Below, one piece after another: positions 56,628 to 63,846 of a stretch of DNA of 64,000 nucleotides. How positions within the stretch are numbered: position 1 is the first letter of the stretch; each line of letters starts with the position of its first letter. The notes below the pieces were generated by a model. It had not been told where the DNA came from, did no database searches, and saw only the letters and a list, made by a program, of their open reading frames with translations. The DNA comes from an uncultured archaeon. Its GTDB lineage: Archaea > Aenigmatarchaeota > Aenigmatarchaeia > QMZP01 > JACQNV01. The translations under genes and the position numbers were made by a program. The stretch is from NCBI GenBank assembly GCA_964410585.1, contig CAYPFW010000001.1:256001-320000 (forward strand). The letters run 5' to 3'.

Positions 56628-56867
56628 CTATAACACCAATCTGTAATATGTTGATTGGCCTGCTGTTGCTGATTTTCGTGTGATTCTGATAAGGTCTCCA
56701 GCTTTTGCATTCATGTGAGCTATGGCTGGATCATCTGAAAATATATGAGGAAGATTTTTTTCGCTGTTTATTTTCAATTGCTCTATAATAGATGTTTTTT
56801 CTTCAGCTGAAAGAAGTTCGTGCTTAGGAATTAGTTCGTGTTGAATTTGATTAATAATAAAGATCAC
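56628..56867 (-). CDS. rpoH: DNA-directed RNA polymerase subunit H (Rpo5)
   Basis: HELIPKHELLS, LP.I...DPA and GDLIRITRKS.TAG...YYRLV; start codon uncertain. Confidence 0.95.
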   Translation of the reverse strand: MIFIINQIQHELIPKHELLSAEEKTSIIEQLKINSEKNLPHIFSDDPAIAHMNAKAGDLIRITRKSATAGQSTYYRLVL

Positions 56868-56999
56868 CTGAAAAGAGCCCCCAAAGTTGGATAGTTAATA
56901 GTATAGGCTAACAAATTTATAAATAATAAGAATAGCATGGGGATATATAAAGCTTTCCATTTTGTGCAAATTGATAAGATTGAGGGATTTGCAGGAAGG

Positions 57000-57650
57000 C
57001 TACTTATTGTTTGCTGACTTCTCTCTTTCAACATCAACAATTTTGTACATGTCGTCTTCCACCAAAACATATTGGCTATCTGTGAGAAGGATGATTTTGT
57101 TCCCCAAAACATAGGATGTTTTTAGCCTTTGATTGAAATAATCGTCCCTGAATTTTTCGCTTGCCCAATGCGGAAGCACTATAAAATCAACTAAACCAAA
57201 ACCTTCAAAGGATTTCATTTTATTTGCAAACTCCTCATGTTTGTCTTTTCTGGAAATTGATATATCTGGTGAAGCTATTATTGAGCCGGCACTAGAACCG
57301 ATGTATATGCCTCCATTTTCCACAAATTTTTTGATGAACTTGTCAAAACCGCTTTTCTGCGCCTGCAAAAGAAGATAGAAAGTGTTGCCACCATTCACAT
57401 GGATGACGTTGCATTTTCCCAAACCTTTTTCTATTTGCTCTGGAGTTTTTCCAGTTATTGTATAATCGAACACATCAAAACCAGCATCCGAGAGGCCCTT
57501 TCTGTCTCTTTTGAGCCATTCTAAATTATTTTTGTCATGGGTTTCAGAAGCGGTTGTTATGAAAGCTGTTTTTAGGTTTTTTCTTCCAATTTTTCTTGCT
57601 ATGTCTGCGCCTGTTTGATCTATACTAGAAGATAAAAAAAGTTTTTTCAT
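57000..57650 (-). CDS. peptidase S51 (dipeptidase E-like)
   Basis: FITTAS, V.GGNTFYLL, YIGSSAGS and GLVDF..LPH. Confidence 0.88.
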   Translation of the reverse strand: MKKLFLSSSIDQTGADIARKIGRKNLKTAFITTASETHDKNNLEWLKRDRKGLSDAGFDVFDYTITGKTPEQIEKGLGKCNVIHVNGGNTFYLLLQAQKSGFDKFIKKFVENGGIYIGSSAGSIIASPDISISRKDKHEEFANKMKSFEGFGLVDFIVLPHWASEKFRDDYFNQRLKTSYVLGNKIILLTDSQYVLVEDDMYKIVDVEREKSANNK

Positions 57651-57684
57651 AAAACGGGGCCGCAGTCTAGCTATTATGTTCGGA

Positions 57685-57790
57685 CGCCCACACCGGGATT
57701 TGAACCCGGGTCAAAGCCGTGACAGGGCTTTATGCATGACCGCGACCGTTATTTTATAACGGACATCTTAGGCCGCTACACTATATGGGC
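57685..57790 (-). tRNA. tRNA-Asp(GTC) with a 33-nt non-canonical D-loop intron (57736-57768)
   Basis: Spliced form GCCCATATAGTGTAGCGGCCTA^GCATAAAGCCCTGTCACGGCTTTGACCCGGGTTCAAATCCCGGTGTGGGCG folds as a cloverleaf; the intron has a CCGTTAT/ATAACGG hairpin and a GGCC/GGTC central helix. Confidence 0.9.
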
Positions 57791-57909
57791 AGTTTATCAG
57801 TTTCTAATTTGTTGAAAAGAAACAATTTTCCATCTGTTTCCAACCAAAACTATCTGTTATTTGATTTTTGCTATTTAAATAAACTGGTTAATAATATTAC
57901 TAATTTCAG

Positions 57910-58098
57910 GGGCCCGTAGCTCAGCCTGGCAGAGCGTCCGGCTTTTAATATTTCTGTTAAAAGCATGTATAGCGACTTTGTCGCGATGACAGAAACTAAA
58001 GATGCTCATCTTTGGCTGTAGATAGAGGACACCGGCATGATTTTGTTCTATTGTGGACAAATCCTGGATGGTCGTGGGTTCAAATCCCTCCGGGCCCG
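57910..58098 (+). tRNA. tRNA-Lys(TTT) with an 83-nt canonical intron (57948-58030) and a probable second 32-nt intron (58038-58069)
   Basis: GGGCCCGTAGCTCAGCCTGGCAGAGCGTCCGGCTTTTA^ACCGGCA^GGTCGTGGGTTCAAATCCCTCCGGGCCCG; BHB-like motifs at both junction pairs. Confidence 0.88.
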
Positions 58099-58121
58099 TT
58101 TTATTTTTTCCCTAAACTTAT

Positions 58122-58796
58122 ATGAAAACCGTATCAAAACAAAATCAATGGAGCATTGTTTCCAAAGAATTACAAAATGAGAGCATCAAATTAAAATCAT
58201 ATGACAACACAATAATTTCTGCTTTGGGTGATATTAAAAACAAAAAAATTTTAGATTACGGCTGCGGTCCTGGGATTTTGGCTTATGTATTAAAAAATCT
58301 CGGTGCAAATGTTAAAGGATTTGACATCTCAGAAGAAATGATAAAAGCGTGTGGAGAAAAAATTGGGAAAGAAAATGTTTACAAAAATATTATTGAAATA
58401 CCAAAAAACCATTTTGATATAATAATTTGCAATCTTGTTTTATGTATAATTGAAGAACTAGAAGTAAAAACTGTTTGTGAAAATATATCAAAACTTTTGA
58501 ATAAAAAAGGGCTTGTGTATATTGGTTTTTGCAACCCAAAAATATTTAGTGTAAAAGAGTCTCAACTAGATTTCAGATTTCAAACAGGGAATAAATATGA
58601 AGAAAATCATATTTACAAAAAATTAAAGAAAGAAGGAAATTATGAAATTTTGGAGCTACACAGACCAATTGAGTGGTATGAGAAAGTTTACAAAGAAGCC
58701 GGTCTAAAACTTTTGGAAATTTTGTTTACACCAGAATATGAACTTAAAAGAAACAAAATAAACGATTTTGTGATATTCAAGCTTTGCAAAAACTGA
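58122..58796 (+). CDS. class I SAM-dependent methyltransferase
   Basis: ILDYGCGPG, GFDISEEMI and FDIIICNLVL. Confidence 0.88.
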   Translation: MKTVSKQNQWSIVSKELQNESIKLKSYDNTIISALGDIKNKKILDYGCGPGILAYVLKNLGANVKGFDISEEMIKACGEKIGKENVYKNIIEIPKNHFDIIICNLVLCIIEELEVKTVCENISKLLNKKGLVYIGFCNPKIFSVKESQLDFRFQTGNKYEENHIYKKLKKEGNYEILELHRPIEWYEKVYKEAGLKLLEILFTPEYELKRNKINDFVIFKLCKN

Positions 58797-58865
58797 AACA
58801 TTTTCTTTTGCAAAAATAATTAGTAATGTAGTTTTCTTTGGGTACCTTACAGTTTTAAAGAATAA

Positions 58866-59040
58866 GTGAAAGGCGTAAATTTTTTCCGAATCGCAATGAG
58901 GAAAAATCTGCATCTCCTGGGTGCAAAGCTTGCAGAGATGTCGTGTGCTTGCACACGAGCTGTGAGCACATCTTGTGTTTCGCTGATGCTCACACAATCT
59001 CGTGAACTATTAACAGTTCACTCTGTTAGTTGGAGACACG
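58866..59040 (-). repeat. long variant of repeat module A with extra hairpins
   Basis: The reverse complement shares cgtgtctcc, cacgag, gacatctc..tttgca..gagatgc, ctcattgcgattcg and acgcct(t)cac with 54835-54940; internal hairpins tcgtgtg/cacacga and tgtgagca/tgctcaca. Confidence 0.7.
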
Positions 59041-59130
59041 AATTGGCCTTCCTTTTTAATTGACTTTTTGTAACAAAGTGTCATGTATATTTTCTGAAGC
59101 CAACTACATGTTTTCTTTTCCTAGAATTAG

Positions 59131-59191
59131 TTTGTAATTGTTTTCTCTTTGGGTTATAAGGCTTTCTCTTTTACAAAAGAGAAAGGGTATA
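59131..59191 (+). repeat. intergenic repeat module B abutting the 5S rRNA 3' end
   Basis: tttgtaattgttttctctttgggttataaggc-tttctctttt..aaaagagaaa-gggtat. Confidence 0.75.
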
Positions 59192-59192
59192 A

Positions 59193-59364
59193 TGGCAGCT
59201 ATCTAGGGTTCCCACCTAAGCCGGAAACAATTGAAAATGAATTGGAGGGTATATGTCCGAATTAACTTTCAACATTTCATTCGGCAGTACAACCTAGACC
59301 GTCAGGACGTTTAACTTCCGTGTTCGAAAAGGGAACGGGTGTACCATCCCACTTTGGCCGCCTG
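59193..59364 (-). rRNA. rrf: 5S rRNA, stand-alone, with a 62-nt insertion (putative BHB intron, 59218-59279)
   Basis: GGCGGC/GCTGCC helix I; conserved CACCCGT.CC..TTCGAACACGGAAGTTAA; loop E GTA...GAA; TCTAGG/CCTAGA helix V; TATAAA about 25 nt upstream. Confidence 0.92.
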
Positions 59365-59440
59365 AATAGTATATCGATATGGGATTTATATAGTTTGCGC
59401 TGTGGTCTTCTTGGTTTGATTTAGAACAAGTAGTAATTGT

Positions 59441-60004
59441 CTATGAGAACCTCGTATCCCACGTCAAAACAGCCAAATAGTACATGAAAAACAAGACAAG
59501 AAAAGGCAGCTCCTTGAACGATTTTGCAGTTGGGTTTATTATCATTTTTACACTATCTTTGCTTGTAAGTGCTTTAATCAAATTAGCTTCAACAGAAATC
59601 AGTTCTTTTTCTTTTGTCTCCAAAACATATTTTTGATTCAAAATTTTAGCTTGTCTTATTTTGAAAGTTCTGTTTTGTATTTTTATTTCCAGGTCTCTAT
59701 TTGTTTGGTAATATTCACAAGACACCAGAAGTTTTCCTGATTTTTTTGCTACAATTTTTCTGTTGAACAAAAGACCTTGGCGTTCGAAAGACCATTTTCC
59801 TTCTTTTGTTTGACCTTCTGCTTGAAAGTTTTTTGGTTTTTTCGAAAATTTTATTATTGATTTTTTCGAAGAAAGATATTCAGGTTTCCAGACAATTTTT
59901 GCAACAAGATCTTTTCCGCAAAAAAGTTCTTCTGGATTTTCTAAAGTAGCTCTCAAACCTTTCCAAATAAGCGGCTTTCCGATACAATCTTTGAGAATTT
60001 TCAT
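59441..60004 (-). CDS. hypothetical protein (possibly LURP-one/tubby-like beta-barrel with a C-terminal hydrophobic helix)
   Basis: Beta-rich, Lys-rich ORF ending in a hydrophobic helix; the fold is a guess. Confidence 0.6.
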   Translation of the reverse strand: MKILKDCIGKPLIWKGLRATLENPEELFCGKDLVAKIVWKPEYLSSKKSIIKFSKKPKNFQAEGQTKEGKWSFERQGLLFNRKIVAKKSGKLLVSCEYYQTNRDLEIKIQNRTFKIRQAKILNQKYVLETKEKELISVEANLIKALTSKDSVKMIINPTAKSFKELPFLVLFFMYYLAVLTWDTRFS

Positions 60005-60104
60005 CTATTTATTGTTGGGATTTGGTGAATAAATATACTGAAAGCTAGAAAAAGTATAAAGGAAGCCGCAAAAAATACAGCTCCATTTATTTGTGTATTT
60101 TTGA

Positions 60105-60164
60105 TTTTGTAAAGTAGTTCTTTTGGGTGAACCTTAGCCTTTTCTTTCTAAGAAAAGGATCAGG
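60105..60164 (+). repeat. intergenic repeat module B
   Basis: ttttgtaaagtagttcttttgggtgaaccttagccttttct..agaaaaggatcagg. Confidence 0.7.
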
Positions 60165-60167
60165 GGC

Positions 60168-60443
60168 TTACTCACGCGTTTGTTCAACCACCTCTTTCCC
60201 TTCCCGAGTAATACAGTAGATGACGTCCATACTGAATTTCATCTCTTTTTCCCAGTCCCTACGAACTAGTCCATATTCAACGAGTTTTTGGAGTGAGTTT
60301 ACTGTTTTTGCTCCGCCTAGACTTACCCCTGTTAGCATTTGCCCCACTGACTGGTATTTGCTGAGATAAAACTGTTTTAGGACTTCAATGTCTCCTGTAT
60401 CCAAGAAAGGATCACTCTTCTGTTTCATCTCTACAAGTTTCAC
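60168..60443 (-). CDS. small winged-helix protein
   Basis: SLQKLVEYGLVRR...YCITREGKE (PadR/MarR-like). Confidence 0.7.
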   Translation of the reverse strand: MKLVEMKQKSDPFLDTGDIEVLKQFYLSKYQSVGQMLTGVSLGGAKTVNSLQKLVEYGLVRRDWEKEMKFSMDVIYCITREGKEVVEQTRE

Positions 60444-60897
60444 AATACCACTCTCCTTCTACATTGCTTAGATAGTCTGACTCTTTTCCACACACATCGC
60501 AAGAACCTACATCTTTTGGTTTGATTCTGTTTTCTGTTATTGGCAAGGCATTACTTGAGAATAGCTCTGCGCCTTCAAAGTTGTAAAAGAAGAACATTTT
60601 ACTGAAGCTCGCTGCAAGCTCAGAGTCTTTTGTTTTTAGCCAATGAAACACTTCATGAGTATAACAATGTGGACATATTGATGTTTCGTTCAACAAATCA
60701 CATTTCAGACACGGCTCATAATTGTCCGGAGTTGTATGGATATAACTGCGGATACTCTCGTTAAACCCCTCAAAACTTTCTGATAGTGTTCTAGGCATCC
60801 ACTTCGAGACATTGTCTGACAAACAGTCAACGCACAAGAAATTCCATATTGGTTCCCTGCACAGCTGACATACTACAGCTTCCATTTGTTGCTCCAT
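60412..60897 (-). CDS. Cys-rich multi-Zn-finger protein
   Basis: Six CxxC pairs (CQLC, CVDC, CLKC, CPHC, CDVC, CETC); ATG at 60897 after an AGGTG SD. Confidence 0.75.
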   Translation of the reverse strand: MEQQMEAVVCQLCREPIWNFLCVDCLSDNVSKWMPRTLSESFEGFNESIRSYIHTTPDNYEPCLKCDLLNETSICPHCYTHEVFHWLKTKDSELAASFSKMFFFYNFEGAELFSSNALPITENRIKPKDVGSCDVCGKESDYLSNVEGEWYCETCRDETEE

Positions 60898-60968
60898 AAA
60901 ATTAGCCGCACACCTTTCCTTGAACAAACATTCCAGTGAATGTTTTTCTTAGACTTTCTTTGCTTCTA

Positions 60969-61020
60969 TACCGTTTTTTTTGGGTACGGTAGACTTTTTC
61001 TTTCTGAAAGAAAAAGGCTA
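60969..61020 (+). repeat. intergenic repeat module B
   Basis: gtttttttttgggtacggtagactttttctttctgaaagaaaaagg. Confidence 0.65.
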
Positions 61021-61316
61021 GCAGGCTATCTCACCTCCTTATTTTTGAATGGATTAAGTATCCATAGTAAACAATAGATGCTAGATTTATAAAGTATTTT
61101 TAAAATAATGTTAATATCTTGTTTGTCAAAATGGATATTTGATAAAAAATTAGAAACAAAATGTCAGATAAGCTTATAAATCTTTTTGTAATATTATAAA
61201 TTGTTTTGTAAGACTAAAAACCAATTGATAAAAGGGGTCAAAATAAATATGGCCTCTGTTGATTGGTTTTCAAAAAAGCCATTGTTTTTCCAGAGGAAGT
61301 TTGGGGGTTGAGATTA

Positions 61317-62255
61317 ATGGATAGCAAGTTTATAGAAAAAGTAGGAGAAGGGTACCATAAGGTTTATGATTCTATAGTCGTTGATCCAAAACATCTTGAT
61401 ATTTTAGGGAATAAACTGACCCAAGATATACTGAAAAGGTTGTCAAAAACAAACCTTTGCGCAATGGATGTTGCCAGGGATCTGAAGGAACATGAACAAA
61501 AAATCTACTACCACCTCAGAAGGCTGGAAAAGGCTGGGATTATCAAAGTTGTTGGCACAGAAAAAAGGTCTGGAATGACAGCTAAGATGTACTCCACTGT
61601 TTCGCCTATTGTTGCTGCAAAGTTGTATGATGATGGGCACATAGTTGATAGTTTGGCACCACACACATTAGACCCGAAAATGAACAAGTTTTTTGAGCCA
61701 TTTGTAAAAGAAGGCCTTTTAGATGCAAAGATAATTGTAGGAGATCCATCCCCACATGGAAAGTACGACAAAGGGGCCAAGGATCCAATGTATGCAGCTG
61801 ATTTTTTCCTCATGATGGGCAGGCTTTTGAAAGATTTCAGGTTCCCTCATTATAAGATAGATATTGAAATCAGAGAGAGTGACCTAAAGGAAAATTTGAT
61901 TTTGCTTGGAGACCCGAAATCAAACACAATTTCTGAAAAAGTAAATGAGCACTTGCCTATTCATTTTGAGTTTGAGCCAGAATTTGTAATCAAGTCAAAG
62001 GTTAGGATAAAAAAATACAATGATCCTAGAACAGGGATTATTATAAAGTACACAAACCCTTTCAACAAGGACAAAAAAATTCTGCTTGTGGCTGGAATTA
62101 GGTCTAAAGGAATGAGGGCTGCTGTAATTGCACTTACCCAGCATTTTGATAAGATGGTTTTTGACATGGATGAAGAGGGTAATGTTTTCAGGGTTGTGGA
62201 AGGTTTAGACAAAGATGGAGATGGGATTGTTGATTCGATAAGAATTGTGGAGTGA
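61317..62255 (+). CDS. ArsR-like HTH protein fused to an S-layer-like alpha/beta domain
   Basis: HTH AMDVARDLKEHEQKIYYHLRRLEKAGII; NLILLGDPKSN and NPFN...ILLVAG; terminal DKDGDGIVD; ATG at 61317. Confidence 0.75.
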   Translation: MDSKFIEKVGEGYHKVYDSIVVDPKHLDILGNKLTQDILKRLSKTNLCAMDVARDLKEHEQKIYYHLRRLEKAGIIKVVGTEKRSGMTAKMYSTVSPIVAAKLYDDGHIVDSLAPHTLDPKMNKFFEPFVKEGLLDAKIIVGDPSPHGKYDKGAKDPMYAADFFLMMGRLLKDFRFPHYKIDIEIRESDLKENLILLGDPKSNTISEKVNEHLPIHFEFEPEFVIKSKVRIKKYNDPRTGIIIKYTNPFNKDKKILLVAGIRSKGMRAAVIALTQHFDKMVFDMDEEGNVFRVVEGLDKDGDGIVDSIRIVE

Positions 62256-62282
62256 GAGGAGGAATCACCAAAAGCTAAGTAG

Positions 62283-62337
62283 GTGGAAGGCGTTTAAAAT
62301 TTTTGCGAATCGAAATGAGCAAAAATTTAGCCTCCTG
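62283..62337 (-). repeat. intergenic repeat module A
   Basis: Reverse complement caggaggctaaatttttgctcatttcgattcgcaaaaattttaaacgccttccac. Confidence 0.75.
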
Positions 62338-62366
62338 TTTTGCTTAAGTTTTTAGGATAAAAGCTT

Positions 62367-63053
62367 ATGAGCTTGGCGCATGCACTTTATGCAAATTTGA
62401 TTGAAGATTTGGACAGGTCTAGAGGAAATAGGGGCTTGTTGTATTTCCCTATGAAGGCAGGAGGAGAAAAATTTGGTCTGCCACTTGAATTGACTTTTAG
62501 TTCTAGAACAAGAACTGTTCCATACCTCAAAATGCCTGTGTGGTATGAGAGAAGAGAAAAAAAAGTTGTTGAACCAACAGCAGACGAATATAGGTCAAAG
62601 ATGATGTCTGTAAGATCAAGGACAGAAGGAGGAGCAGAACCTCTTCATTTTATTTGGGACGATGTTATATCAGAGGGAAAGGGAACAATGACATTCTTCT
62701 ATTGGTTAATGAGGAGGGGAGTAAGGCCAGAAAATATTGCTATTGGTTCGATGTTGGATAATGTGGGAATAACAAGAGGCCTTTGCATCGCAAGATATTA
62801 TTTTCCAGCAGAGCCTTACAAATCAATAGACCCGCTTCAAATCTTAAGGGAATTAAAAAACAAAGGAGACATACTGGAGGATCCTGATGTTCAGATAGAA
62901 AGAAGGCCAGCAAGCCCAGCTATGCCAATAATTGTACAAGATGAACAACCAGAAGAAATTGGCGGAATTTTAGAAACACTGATGGAAAAAATATCAAAAC
63001 CAAGAGGAGGGGAAGCAGTAAGAGCAGTTGTCAAAGAAAAATATGGCGTCTAA
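62367..63053 (+). CDS. divergent phosphoribosyltransferase-fold protein
   Basis: PRPP-loop-like FIWDDVISEGKGT. Confidence 0.55.
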   Translation: MSLAHALYANLIEDLDRSRGNRGLLYFPMKAGGEKFGLPLELTFSSRTRTVPYLKMPVWYERREKKVVEPTADEYRSKMMSVRSRTEGGAEPLHFIWDDVISEGKGTMTFFYWLMRRGVRPENIAIGSMLDNVGITRGLCIARYYFPAEPYKSIDPLQILRELKNKGDILEDPDVQIERRPASPAMPIIVQDEQPEEIGGILETLMEKISKPRGGEAVRAVVKEKYGV

Positions 63054-63846
63054 AGAACTAAGAATAAGAAAAATGAGACCAACTTTGCAAGAAAAAGATA
63101 GGGCAAGGGTTCTTTATGAATTTTTGGGTGAGGAAAACCTTCAACAAATAAGGAATTTTGTAGACAGAGATCCATTGACACTATTCGGTGTTTACCAAAG
63201 AGGTATGCCATATGTAAGTGCAATGGGAGCTGCTTTAGGGATAGAAGGATATGATTTTTTTACATATCCAGTTCATGTGACAAGCGATGGAAGACAGGTA
63301 TATGGGTTTCAAAAAAATATTTTAGCTGGAAGAAAGGTTATTGTTGTTGATGAGATGTATCAAGTTGACCATGATGCAATAAGCTATAAAATTGCAATAA
63401 CCGCAAAAAGATTTAGGGAAAGGAAACAAGCTGGTATGGTGGATTTCAGGCTGGCAACTGCAAACCCATTTTCATTGAGGACAGAAAACGAGATCATAGA
63501 AGACAAATTTTTTTCAGATATTAGGAAAGGAAAGGTTGAGATTAATCCAGAAGAACTTGGACAAGATGTGTCTGTTTTTTTGAAGGCTTCCAGGGAAGAG
63601 AAATTGGATGAAAAGGATGTTGTTGTACCTGCTGGAAACCCTATTCTAGCTATTGGTTTTGTGATTAACAGATATGGGAGAAGCCCTTCAAGGGTCAGTA
63701 GGACATTTTTGCAAGAAGACGAATTGACACAACCAGAGGGGAGGATTCTTGTTGTTGGTTCAGATGAACAGGTATACAGAAGGCTTGTTGAAAGATATGG
63801 ACAAGAAAAAGTTGTTTTTAAAACGCCTTCTGACATTGTTAGGTAA
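63043..63846 (+). CDS. hypothetical protein with a degenerate PRTase-like motif
   Basis: GVYQRGMPY and LAGRKVIVVDE; overlaps the upstream gene. Confidence 0.55.
   Translation: MASKELRIRKMRPTLQEKDRARVLYEFLGEENLQQIRNFVDRDPLTLFGVYQRGMPYVSAMGAALGIEGYDFFTYPVHVTSDGRQVYGFQKNILAGRKVIVVDEMYQVDHDAISYKIAITAKRFRERKQAGMVDFRLATANPFSLRTENEIIEDKFFSDIRKGKVEINPEELGQDVSVFLKASREEKLDEKDVVVPAGNPILAIGFVINRYGRSPSRVSRTFLQEDELTQPEGRILVVGSDEQVYRRLVERYGQEKVVFKTPSDIVR

Noticed and set aside
57875-59063. Short ORFs 57875-58060, 58704-58997 and 58866-59063
   Set aside because: They overlap tRNA-Lys, the methyltransferase end or a repeat element and have no protein features.
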